A model generated the notes under the pieces. It ran no database searches, was not told the origin of the DNA, and worked only from the letters and a program-made list of their open reading frames with translations. Positions 30,482 through 38,983 of a DNA stretch of 64,000 nucleotides are shown here, piece by piece. How positions within the stretch are numbered: position 1 is the stretch's first letter; every line of letters starts with the position of its first letter. Source of the stretch: Nanobdellota archaeon (lineage in GTDB: Archaea; Nanobdellota; Nanobdellia; Pacearchaeales; GW2011-AR1); assembly GCA_038046005.1 (NCBI GenBank), contig JBBSXB010000003.1:17328-81327 (forward strand), read 5' to 3'. Position numbers and translations under genes: made by a program.

Positions 30482-30528
30482 TATACAACAGGTTGTATGT
30501 TCGTTTCTCCTAAACACCTATAGGTTGT
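30482..30528 (-). promoter_or_regulatory. two candidate NrdR boxes upstream of nrdR-nrdJ
   Basis: Palindrome ATACAAC-AG-GTTGTAT (30482..30497) and imperfect palindrome AACACCTATAGGTTGT (30513..30528), centres 31 bp apart. Both resemble the NrdR-box consensus acaCwAtATaTwGtgt and sit 20-70 nt upstream of the nrdR start. Confidence 0.4.
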
Positions 30529-30650
30529 GTTTGCTATTCCTGAATACCTAAAGCGTATTTAAAGATTTATGATTATTTTTAAGTGATAAGATTTTAATTT
30601 TCATTTTTTACAACAATAATCCTTAAATACCAAACATAAATCAAGAAAAC

Positions 30651-31160
30651 ATGGAACTTGACATACTTACGAGATTCAAATCTGATGATGGTAGAGTCTA
30701 CGTATTCAATCATAATTTTGATAGTGTTTACAAAAATATTCCAAACGCAGTAAGGCATTTTAATGACACAATTCACAAGGAGAGCCTGGAAGAAGTTCGA
30801 GGCCGTGCATTTAGCTTAGTCAATGCAATAATGTGGGGAAGTGATGAGGGAGATAAAATGATAGACTTTTTTGGAATAGGTCCAAATTATTCTTTAGATG
30901 GTGATTGGAATTCAAACCCTGATGTTTTTTCTTGGGTGACTAGAAATGGGTTAATTGTTCCCGGTAAAAATATTTCGGAAGTTACATGTGGTAAAGGATT
31001 AATTATCTTGGGAGAAGAAGAAAGATATAGAAGATCAACACTTGAGGACAGTTATCTTTCAATACCTCCAAAAATAGGAGAGTTAAAGTTAATGATTGGT
31101 GACTATGCGACGCCGGAAGAAAGAGAAAATTTGCTTAGCCTAATTGCTTCTCAAAAATAA
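30651..31160 (+). CDS. hypothetical protein (169 aa)
   Basis: Intact ORF; no motif. Confidence 0.35.
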   Translation: MELDILTRFKSDDGRVYVFNHNFDSVYKNIPNAVRHFNDTIHKESLEEVRGRAFSLVNAIMWGSDEGDKMIDFFGIGPNYSLDGDWNSNPDVFSWVTRNGLIVPGKNISEVTCGKGLIILGEEERYRRSTLEDSYLSIPPKIGELKLMIGDYATPEERENLLSLIASQK

Positions 31161-31552
31161 ACAGCGTCATAAACTTTTGAAAGAACATTATTTATTATCA
31201 TTTCTTTTGCAGCAGTCATTCCTTCTTCATTCATAATCAAGCTTTCTTTCGGTCCTATGCGGTATTTGTCAATAACTAAAACAAGATTGTCGCAGTTTTT
31301 CGGCAAATTTTCAGAAATTTTATTCATCAAGTCAAGATCATTCACTCTTATTGTAAAAAACAATCTGTAATCAACAATGCTAACGTCAATATTGTCTATT
31401 GGAAAATCAACAAAATCAATGACATTCCTTAAATGGTTGTGTTGTGTATGCTTAAATTTTATTTTATGGAACTTAGCCCAGTGTTCTATTTGTGCTATCA
31501 AAACTAAAGCGTGTTTTTTTATAAATAACTTTTGACAAGGTTTATAAATCAT
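31151..31552 (-). CDS. hypothetical protein (133 aa)
   Basis: Intact ORF convergent with the previous one; no motif. Confidence 0.35.
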   Translation of the reverse strand: MIYKPCQKLFIKKHALVLIAQIEHWAKFHKIKFKHTQHNHLRNVIDFVDFPIDNIDVSIVDYRLFFTIRVNDLDLMNKISENLPKNCDNLVLVIDKYRIGPKESLIMNEEGMTAAKEMIINNVLSKVYDAVYF

Positions 31553-31613
31553 AAAAAATTTATTTACTAACTTCTCTTATCAAAATTAAGAAATTAAATA
31601 AGAGGGATTTAAC

Positions 31614-31865
31614 ATGGATGACAAAAAATATCAAATGCCAGAAGATAGAGGCCATAAAACTATAGATAAAATACCTGAAGATCTTAGACCAGCCTCCACT
31701 AGAGAAGTTTATCCTCTTGGACAGCCAGGTGCAGCAATGCGGGAAGCCCACAATTACTTTTTTAGCACACTTAAAGGAATGGGTCTTATAACTTTTGATT
31801 ATGAGACCTATACTAGAAAACACATGGGGCAGCCTAAAGGCGGAAAAGACGATGACGATAAATAA
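31614..31865 (+). CDS. hypothetical protein (83 aa)
   Basis: Intact ORF upstream of the beta-propeller gene; acidic C-terminus. Confidence 0.3.
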   Translation: MDDKKYQMPEDRGHKTIDKIPEDLRPASTREVYPLGQPGAAMREAHNYFFSTLKGMGLITFDYETYTRKHMGQPKGGKDDDDK

Positions 31866-31930
31866 CCAATAGCTTCAATTACCTTTGAACCCTTCGCTTC
31901 ATTTATAAATAAGTTGTTCTTTAGTTTGTC

Positions 31931-34222
31931 ATGGCCGACGACAAAAAATTCATACTGATGAATCTTGATGATGAAAGATCAAAGAAAGTTGCAGAAGTAA
32001 TAAGCAATCCAACTTGCAAAAAGATTCTCAATTATCTTGCAGACAATAAAGAAAAGTCTGAGGAAGATATCGCCAAGGATTTAGGTATTCCTTTGAATAC
32101 TGCAGAATATAATTTAAAGAAATTAGTTGAGTCTGGCCTTGTTGAAAAATCAAAAAACTTTTTCTGGAGCAAAAAAGGCAAAAAAATAAATCTTTATAAG
32201 CCTGCAAACAGACATATAGTCATATTCCCAAAAAAGAGGCCCGACATGAACCTATTAAAGACAATTGTCCCGATACTGATAATTGGGGCTGCTTTAATTG
32301 CAATAATTGCTTTACTTTCCAATAATGACCAAACTTCAAGCCAGGAGCTAAACAAATTTTCTTCATTAGATGACCTTAATAAATTTTTGAAAGACAATCA
32401 GGTTGAGCAGGGAAGAGGATCAATGTTTGAGTCTGCTGGTGTAGCAAAAGGAACAGTAGCATCTGCATCTGGTGCGGCGGATTCAGCAGCACCTAGCGCA
32501 CAGGGTGCAAGCGAGTATTCTTCAACAAACATACAGGTAGAGGGAGTAGATGAATCAGATGTAATAAAAAACGATGGAAAATACATTTATGTTGTTTCAG
32601 GAAATAAGGTTGTAATTGTTGATGCTTTTCCAGCAGACAGCATGAAAGTTTTAAGTGAAATAAATCTTAGTGATTCTGTAGGGGAAATTTTTGTTAATGG
32701 GAATAGGCTTGTTGTTTTTACAAGACAGTATTCTCCAATTCTTTATGGGGGAATAAGATGCATGGCAGTAGGATGTATAATGCCCCCTTATCGTGATGAA
32801 TCAAAGACGGGAGTTTTTATTTATGATATTTCAAACAGACAAGATCCTGTTTTAGATGATAATATCTCTCTAACTGGAGATTATGTTTCATCAAGAATGA
32901 TTGATAATTACGTTTACTTAGTCGCAAACCAGTATGCTTATCCAGAAGGTGTTCTTCCAGCCTATGATAAAAATGGAGAAACAAGTGTTGTTAAAGCAGA
33001 TGAAGTTTACTACTCTCCTATAAGAGATCAGTCTTTCCAATTTACAAACATACTCACGATTAACATTAATAATGGGGAAACATCTGAAAAAACAGTTTTA
33101 ACAGGTTCTTCTCAGACAATTTTTGTTTCAAAAGAAAACATTTACACAACCTATACCAAATATCCTTATTGGTATGGTGGAAGAGAGTCAGATTTAGAAA
33201 AAACAATAATAAATAAATTTTCAATAGATAAAGACGAAGTTCAATTTTTGTCTAGTGGAGAAGTTTCTGGGCATTTATTAAATCAATTTTCAATGGATGA
33301 AGACAAAGATTATTTTAGAATTGCAACAACAATTTCAGGATATGTCAATAACAGAGACACTTCAACAAACAATGTTTACGTTTTAGATAAGGAATTAAAT
33401 GTTGTTGGAAAAATAGAGGGAATAGCCCAGGGTGAAAGCATTTATTCTGTAAGATTTATTGGGGACAGGGCCTATATGGTTACATTCAAGCATGTTGATC
33501 CTTTATTTGTTATAGGATTGGAGGATCCAACAAACCCAACCCTTTTAGGAAAGCTAAAAATTCCGGGTTATTCAGAATATCTTCATCCTTTAGATGAAAC
33601 GCATCTTATAGGTGTTGGTAAAGAAGTTGATGAAAGCATTGATGCAGACAAAGTTCATACAGAGGGGGCTGTTTACTACACAGCCATCCAAGGAGTAAAG
33701 CTTGCAATATTTGATGTTTCTGATGTCAATAATCCAATAGAAATGTACAAAGAGGTTATAGGGGACAGGGGAACACAAAGCCCTGCAGAAACAGATCATA
33801 AAGCATTTTTGTTTGACAAGAAAAGAAATTTGTTAGTTATACCAATAACTGTAGCAGAGCTTAAGCCTGGCCAGTCAAAAGATATGGAGGGTGAGTTCAC
33901 ATTCCAAGGACTTTATGTTTATAATGTAAACCTTGAAGAAGGGTTCAATCTTAAAGGAAAAATAACCCACTATGAAGATGACGCGGCATTTAAGAAATCA
34001 GGGTATTACTTTTATGGCGGAGATAAAAGCATTTCAAGATCTTTATACATGGATGATGTTTTGTATTCATTCTCCCCTTCAATGATAAAGGCAAATGACC
34101 TTAATACGCTAGACAAGATAAACTCTGTTGATTTGCCATATGAAAGCACAAACTACTATAATTACTGTGGTGGTGGAGGAATTGCAGTAGCAGAAGTCGT
34201 TACTGGTGTTGCTGTGAAATAA
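31931..34222 (+). CDS. membrane-tethered ArsR-like wHTH protein with large extracytoplasmic beta-propeller-like domain
   Basis: N-terminal ArsR-type HTH (KKILNYLADNKEKSEEDIAKDLGIPLNTAEYNLKKLVESGLVEK), a single TM (LLKTIVPILIIGAALIAIIALL), then about 600 aa of beta-rich repeats typical of archaeal secreted beta-propeller proteins. Confidence 0.6.
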   Translation: MADDKKFILMNLDDERSKKVAEVISNPTCKKILNYLADNKEKSEEDIAKDLGIPLNTAEYNLKKLVESGLVEKSKNFFWSKKGKKINLYKPANRHIVIFPKKRPDMNLLKTIVPILIIGAALIAIIALLSNNDQTSSQELNKFSSLDDLNKFLKDNQVEQGRGSMFESAGVAKGTVASASGAADSAAPSAQGASEYSSTNIQVEGVDESDVIKNDGKYIYVVSGNKVVIVDAFPADSMKVLSEINLSDSVGEIFVNGNRLVVFTRQYSPILYGGIRCMAVGCIMPPYRDESKTGVFIYDISNRQDPVLDDNISLTGDYVSSRMIDNYVYLVANQYAYPEGVLPAYDKNGETSVVKADEVYYSPIRDQSFQFTNILTININNGETSEKTVLTGSSQTIFVSKENIYTTYTKYPYWYGGRESDLEKTIINKFSIDKDEVQFLSSGEVSGHLLNQFSMDEDKDYFRIATTISGYVNNRDTSTNNVYVLDKELNVVGKIEGIAQGESIYSVRFIGDRAYMVTFKHVDPLFVIGLEDPTNPTLLGKLKIPGYSEYLHPLDETHLIGVGKEVDESIDADKVHTEGAVYYTAIQGVKLAIFDVSDVNNPIEMYKEVIGDRGTQSPAETDHKAFLFDKKRNLLVIPITVAELKPGQSKDMEGEFTFQGLYVYNVNLEEGFNLKGKITHYEDDAAFKKSGYYFYGGDKSISRSLYMDDVLYSFSPSMIKANDLNTLDKINSVDLPYESTNYYNYCGGGGIAVAEVVTGVAVK

Positions 34223-34225
34223 TTT

Positions 34226-34255
34226 TATTATTTTTATTTATTTTATAATTTCATT
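34226..34255. repeat. AT-rich repeat copy 1 (ATTTTTATTTATTTTATAATTT)
   Basis: 22-nt exact match to 37918..37939 and 16/17 match to 35545..35561; lies between the convergent stops of the beta-propeller gene and the AbiEi-like gene. Confidence 0.5.
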
Positions 34256-34821
34256 ACTCTTTCTCTAATTTTTAGAGGATATTTTTTTAAATAATTTAGC
34301 AATTTTTGCTTATCAATTTTCTTTTTTATTGTATTCAAGGTTTTTTTATCCATTTTCTGATGGAAAACAACCATATCTATAAAGGTCTTTTCTAAATCTG
34401 AATAAGGAAGATAAAAATTACCTTCTTCTATATAATCTGATCCAAAAAAATATTTTTTATTAATATTCCTTAACAAAATATTTCTGCCCATTAAACTTCG
34501 TACGCCTCTTCGAACTTTTTTTGTGGTGATGATAACTGGAATTGTTTCTTGCTCCCAAATTCCATAATGGCTCAGAGCACTTTGCAAACCAAGATAAGCC
34601 GGCTTAAAAGAGAAAACTGCCAAAGATATTTCATTATGTTTAGTGTAAACTCCCTTGCCTATTTTTTTTATTTTTCCCTTTTTTAACAGATTGTAAACCA
34701 ACAATTTAGCGTAATTGCTATTTTTGGATTTGCCAATTATTCTCTCTAACGACTTAAAATCTAAAATCGGGCTTTTCTCAAATAAGGCTTCTATTTTTTC
34801 TAAATGTATTTGTTTTCCCAT
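34243..34821 (-). CDS. AbiEi-like antitoxin / COG5340-type transcriptional regulator (type IV TA)
   Basis: 192 aa; N-terminal wHTH-like region ending in the KKGKIKKIGKGVYT (RGvY-type) motif of AbiEi N-domains. Overlaps the upstream nucleotidyltransferase gene by 22 nt. Confidence 0.5.
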   Translation of the reverse strand: MGKQIHLEKIEALFEKSPILDFKSLERIIGKSKNSNYAKLLVYNLLKKGKIKKIGKGVYTKHNEISLAVFSFKPAYLGLQSALSHYGIWEQETIPVIITTKKVRRGVRSLMGRNILLRNINKKYFFGSDYIEEGNFYLPYSDLEKTFIDMVVFHQKMDKKTLNTIKKKIDKQKLLNYLKKYPLKIRERVMKL

Positions 34822-35453
34822 TTTCGTTTTATGTAATTAATCATTTCATCTGCAGAAGGAACTATTCCTTCAAGCAAAATAACCTTTAAATCTTCCTCGT
34901 CAATTGGTTTTTTATAATTATTAATCAAGTTCCCGACTTCTTTTATTGTTCCAGGATTCTCTACAATTTTTAGCAAAAAGAAAACATCCCACAAATCCCT
35001 GACTTTAAATCTCTTCAAATATGTGTTGGATTTTTCAGATAAAAAAGATTCAGGAGTTAGGCTGTAGATCGACACAATATTTCCATCAGACATTTCATAG
35101 TCACAAATTATTCCAGAAATTTTTTGAAAAGTTGCTTCTAATCTTATCAACAGCCTGTTTAACTCTAATTCAGAATAAACGCTTGTTTCTGAAATTTTTC
35201 TCTTTTTAATCTCAAATCCCGCTTTTTTTAAATTTTCAAATAAAATATCTATTTTTTTCCTGTCTTTAGGGAGATAAAAATCCAAATCTTCTGAGAACCT
35301 CTTTCCATCATAGCATCTCCAAATAGCTGTTCCTCCATGCAAAACAGCCTTATCAAAAACAGAGTAAACTTCTTTTACAATCAAATCCTGAGCATAAGCT
35401 ATCTTCCTATGGATTTCTCGTTTTAACTTTGTTTGCAAAGGTATCTTTATCAT
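34800..35453 (-). CDS. AbiEii/DUF1814-family nucleotidyltransferase toxin (type IV TA)
   Basis: HGGTAIWRCYDGKRFSEDLDFYL matches the GGTAL...R.SeDIDf nucleotidyltransferase motif of AbiEii. Confidence 0.7.
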   Translation of the reverse strand: MIKIPLQTKLKREIHRKIAYAQDLIVKEVYSVFDKAVLHGGTAIWRCYDGKRFSEDLDFYLPKDRKKIDILFENLKKAGFEIKKRKISETSVYSELELNRLLIRLEATFQKISGIICDYEMSDGNIVSIYSLTPESFLSEKSNTYLKRFKVRDLWDVFFLLKIVENPGTIKEVGNLINNYKKPIDEEDLKVILLEGIVPSADEMINYIKRKWENKYI

Positions 35454-35500
35454 ACTATCTACAAAAGGTATACATTTATATATCTTTCGTTAACATCACA

Positions 35501-35567
35501 TTTCAGCAAGTGTAACAGCAGTGTTCAAAATCAAATAATTTTTTATTATTTTTATTTATTTTAAAAT
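35501..35567. repeat. direct repeat copy A: duplicate of the SIMPL 3' coding end plus AT-rich tail
   Basis: tttcagcaagtgtaacagcagtgttcaaaatcaaataa plus T-rich tail matches 37874..37940 over about 65 nt with 5 mismatches; the two mismatches inside the coding part are synonymous (GTA/GTG Val). Confidence 0.65.
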
Positions 35568-35571
35568 CTTA

Positions 35572-36270
35572 CTAATTTTTTTGGTCGTGATACATCACCC
35601 ATCTATTGAGATACATAAAAGGAATGTCTATAATACCAACTAGCCACTTAACCAATGTTAATCCAATAATCAATGGAAGTATTGGTTGAACCCCTGCAAA
35701 TGCAATAGTAACAAATAAAATTGAATCTATCGCCATTGATGGTATGGAACTAAGCGCATTCCTTGCCCATAAATGTTTACCTTTAGTTACTTTTTTAAAA
35801 ATAGAAAAGATGTAAGCATCTAAATTTTCACTTATCAAGAAAGCTATCCATGATGCGAAAATAATTCTCGGAACTTGGCCGATTATTAATGATAATGCGT
35901 TTTGGTTGGTCCAAAACGGAGCAGAAGAAAAAGAAAGAACTAACCATGAAAAAAATGCTACTGCAACTTGAGCTATGAATGCAATAAAAATCATTTTATG
36001 TGTTTCTTTCCTTCCAAATTTTTCATTTACAATATCCGTCATCAAGAATGTAACAGAAAAGATCAAAACTGCCGCTGGTGCATAAAAAGTTGCAAAGCCT
36101 AAATCAAAACTTGCAATTTTAACTGCAGCAATATTACTAAATGTTATAAAGGCAATATAAAAGCCAATTATTGCATCTGGCCTCTGATATCTTCTAACAT
36201 ATAAAGAACCAATAATTGTAACAGCGCTAATCAAAATTATCCAAAGAATAATTAATATTAAGTCATTCAT
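35572..36270 (-). CDS. DUF165/YhhQ-family membrane transporter (queuosine-precursor transporter family)
   Basis: Six-TM protein colinear with YhhQ (FLMTDIVNEKFGRKETHKMIF, VPRIIFASWIAFLISENLDAYIFSIFK). Confidence 0.6.
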   Translation of the reverse strand: MNDLILIILWIILISAVTIIGSLYVRRYQRPDAIIGFYIAFITFSNIAAVKIASFDLGFATFYAPAAVLIFSVTFLMTDIVNEKFGRKETHKMIFIAFIAQVAVAFFSWLVLSFSSAPFWTNQNALSLIIGQVPRIIFASWIAFLISENLDAYIFSIFKKVTKGKHLWARNALSSIPSMAIDSILFVTIAFAGVQPILPLIIGLTLVKWLVGIIDIPFMYLNRWVMYHDQKN

Positions 36271-36304
36271 TGTGGATTAAACAAAATAGTATTTATTAAC
36301 TTTA

Positions 36305-36958
36305 TCATTCCAAAACATAGAGTTTCCAATTAAGTTTTTGAAATTTCTCTTCAGAAACTTGAGCTATCTTATAATTATATTTTTTGATCAATTCTAAAAG
36401 TTTCTTTTCATTAGCCACATCACCACTAGGGATAAAGACTTTTCCATTTTTAGTCAAGTGATTTTTTACATCTTTTAACAATCTTTCATGAAGTTTAAAA
36501 CCCGTGTCAAACAAAAAATGTCCAACTTCACTTTTATAATCTACATCCGCAAAAGGCAATTGAGAGATTATTAAGTCAAATTTTTCTTCCTTTTTAATAT
36601 TTTCAAACAAGTCACTTTTTCTTACTTCAATTATTTTATTTAGTTTATGAAAAGTGACATTTTCTTTTGCATTTTGTAAAGAATTATTGTCAATGTCTAT
36701 TGCTAAAACTTTTCTTGCACCCCTTTTGGCAGCGATTATGGCTTGAACACCAGTCCCTGTCCCAACATCTAAAACAACGCCTGCATTTCCTGGAATTCTT
36801 TTTGCAGTCATTTCAGAAGAAAATGAAAATGGTGAATCAACAGGAAAAACATTTTTGTGAATAATTATCTTATACCCTAAAAAATCAACAATTCGCTTTT
36901 TCTGCGTTTGAATGTCTTTAATAAAATTTAACGTAATTTCTTGTGGTTGTTTAGCCAT
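36305..36958 (-). CDS. class I SAM-dependent methyltransferase (HemK/Mtq2-like small-domain MTase)
   Basis: VLDVGTGTGVQAIIAA SAM-binding motif I and an acidic motif II; SQLPF in place of the NPPY-type motif IV. Confidence 0.65.
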   Translation of the reverse strand: MAKQPQEITLNFIKDIQTQKKRIVDFLGYKIIIHKNVFPVDSPFSFSSEMTAKRIPGNAGVVLDVGTGTGVQAIIAAKRGARKVLAIDIDNNSLQNAKENVTFHKLNKIIEVRKSDLFENIKKEEKFDLIISQLPFADVDYKSEVGHFLFDTGFKLHERLLKDVKNHLTKNGKVFIPSGDVANEKKLLELIKKYNYKIAQVSEEKFQKLNWKLYVLE

Positions 36959-37091
36959 TTAATACCTAAATGTTTATGATTTATAATATTATTCTCTTAT
37001 AATTTCTTCTCAACTTAAGTACTATAAACATCAATTGGCCTTCCACCAAAAACTTTAAAAACTATGGCTTCTATAGTTACTATAGGGTAAA

Positions 37092-37304
37092 ATGGAAATA
37101 ACAACAATTCAATTAAGCAAGGAAACTAAAGACAAAATATCCTCTTTTGGGACAAAAGGAGAGAGTTATGATGAAATTATTAGAAGGATTTATTCTATAG
37201 CAGTTAAAGAGCAGTTGAGAGATTTTCTGATGTCTGATGAGGGATTTGTTCCTATTGAAGATGCCATAAAAGAGGCAGAGAAAAAATGGCCAAGCAACAA
37301 TTGA
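37092..37304 (+). CDS. hypothetical small protein (70 aa)
   Basis: Intact ORF ending just upstream of, and in a different frame from, the SIMPL reading frame. Confidence 0.35.
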   Translation: MEITTIQLSKETKDKISSFGTKGESYDEIIRRIYSIAVKEQLRDFLMSDEGFVPIEDAIKEAEKKWPSNN

Positions 37305-37401
37305 TGCAACTCCAGATTTAGTAAAAGTTTATTTTAATGCTGAGACAAGTGGAGCAACAAGCCAGGAAGCTAAAGACAAAAATTCTGAAATTGTTGATAA
37401 C

Positions 37402-37911
37402 ATGATAACAGCTCTTGTTAAAGATGGATTTGAAAGAAAAGACATCCAGACGCAGGGGTTCAACATTTATCCAGACTATTCTTGGGATAACAACAAACAA
37501 ACTCTTAAAGGATACAAAGCTACACACTCAATCGTTGTACAGCTATCAACAGCCCAGACAGACAAGATAGGCAAAGTGATAGATGATGGGGTTGATTCTG
37601 GTGCTTTGATAAGCTACATAAATTTTGAGCTTAGCACTGAAAAGCAGAATGAATACAAAGCTCAGGCAATAAAACTCGCTGCAGAAGATGCAAGAGTAAA
37701 AGCAACGGCACTTGCAAGTGGATTGCAAAAAGAACTTGGAAGTCTTGTATCTGTGTCGGACAACAGTTTTGATTATAGGCCTTGGCCAATGTATGCTTCT
37801 GCAGATTCTGGAGGAGCAAGTGTTGCAATGGCAAAAGAAGCCGCAACAAATATACAGCCAGGAACACAACAGGTTTCAGCAAGTGTGACAGCAGTATTCA
37901 AAATCAAATAA
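37402..37911 (+). CDS. SIMPL/DUF541-domain protein, apparently lacking signal peptide and N-terminal strand (possible 5'-truncated gene)
   Basis: Colinear with SIMPL proteins from ...PDLVKVYFNAETSGATSQEAKDKNSEIV onward. The frame is open back to a stop at 37267, but no ATG/GTG/TTG exists upstream of Met at 37402 and no signal peptide is encoded. Confidence 0.55.
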   Translation: MITALVKDGFERKDIQTQGFNIYPDYSWDNNKQTLKGYKATHSIVVQLSTAQTDKIGKVIDDGVDSGALISYINFELSTEKQNEYKAQAIKLAAEDARVKATALASGLQKELGSLVSVSDNSFDYRPWPMYASADSGGASVAMAKEAATNIQPGTQQVSASVTAVFKIK

Positions 37912-37940
37912 TTTATTTTTTATTTTTATTTATTTTATAA
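37874..37940. repeat. direct repeat copy B (authentic SIMPL 3' end plus downstream AT-rich tail)
   Basis: See copy A. The tail ATTTTTATTTATTTTATAATTT is also present at 34226..34255. Confidence 0.65.
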
Positions 37941-38372
37941 TTTTTTTTCAATAAGAACACCTTTTTCACTAGGAACAAGCCCGACTTTTTCGTACAATTT
38001 CATTGGCCTAGAATCTTTTTCAACAATTCCCATAAATTTTTTGAATCCTCTTTCTTTATAGATCTCAAATATTTTATCTAAAACAATTGGAGTAATATAT
38101 TTTCCTTGAAATCTCTCTGCAATAGCTAGCTCTTCTCCAAATGCAACCTCTCCAGGACACATGAAATTGGGATTTATAGCTATAAAACCAGCAACCTGGT
38201 CGTCATACCTTATTACATAAAGATCACAATTTTTATTATAAAATTGAATTTTTTTCATTGCCTTTTCAAGAGTCCAACTCTCATCATATGGTGGTTTTGA
38301 AAATTCACTTGCATATATTTTAGCAATTCTTTCAAGCTCATTTTGAGCAGCTATTCTTAATTCTGTGACCAT
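37935..38372 (-). CDS. GNAT-family N-acetyltransferase
   Basis: 145 aa with acetyl-CoA binding motif-like segment (KERGFKKFMGIVEKD..., QVAGFIAINP...). Confidence 0.7.
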   Translation of the reverse strand: MVTELRIAAQNELERIAKIYASEFSKPPYDESWTLEKAMKKIQFYNKNCDLYVIRYDDQVAGFIAINPNFMCPGEVAFGEELAIAERFQGKYITPIVLDKIFEIYKERGFKKFMGIVEKDSRPMKLYEKVGLVPSEKGVLIEKKL

Positions 38373-38495
38373 CTTGTTTATCTCTTATAATTTTTACTAG
38401 CTTCAATTGTTTCTGCAAATAGATCTGCAATCTTATCAAAGAAATGCATGCTTTCTTTTAGGTTGATAATAGAAATTGGTTTGGCTACACCCATT

Positions 38496-38861
38496 TCACT
38501 GCCGGCTCTCAATTTCTATACTCCTATCGCTTGAAAGATAAAGTTTTGTATTGGTGTCATAGTCCAATGCTTTAAAATAGAAATTTGGTTTTTTTAATTC
38601 TAAGTTATAATCTTCATTCTGTGGGCTAACCCATAAAAATGCCTGTTTTTTACCAAATAAAGGGCCAATATACCTCAATCCATCAAGCCAATCAAAATTA
38701 TCTCTACTATATTTATGTAAGTTAGTTGCTTCATAGAACTTATCAATCATTGCGGCCTCTAAACCACCAATATTTTCTCTTATATACTGAACATAAAGCT
38801 CTTCACTATTAAGGATTCTGTTTATTTCTTCTTCACTTAATCTATTTGTCTTAGTTGTCAT
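38496..38861 (-). CDS. hypothetical protein (121 aa)
   Basis: Intact ORF; no motif. Confidence 0.4.
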   Translation of the reverse strand: MTTKTNRLSEEEINRILNSEELYVQYIRENIGGLEAAMIDKFYEATNLHKYSRDNFDWLDGLRYIGPLFGKKQAFLWVSPQNEDYNLELKKPNFYFKALDYDTNTKLYLSSDRSIEIESRQ

Positions 38862-38983
38862 GAAAAATGGTATTACCTCTTCTTTAAAAATCTTTCTTCC
38901 TCCGTTACACCACCCTCTTTTTCTTAATATAACAAATTTTATATAGTTACACTACCTTGTAGAAAAAGACAAAAAGAGAGGTT

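Noticed and set aside
31614-31865. C-terminal GGKDDDDK in the 83-aa ORF, resembling an enterokinase or FLAG-like site that would suggest a vector
   Set aside because: It is a single short acidic run in an otherwise native-looking AT-rich context, with no vector backbone features nearby; it is treated as coincidence.
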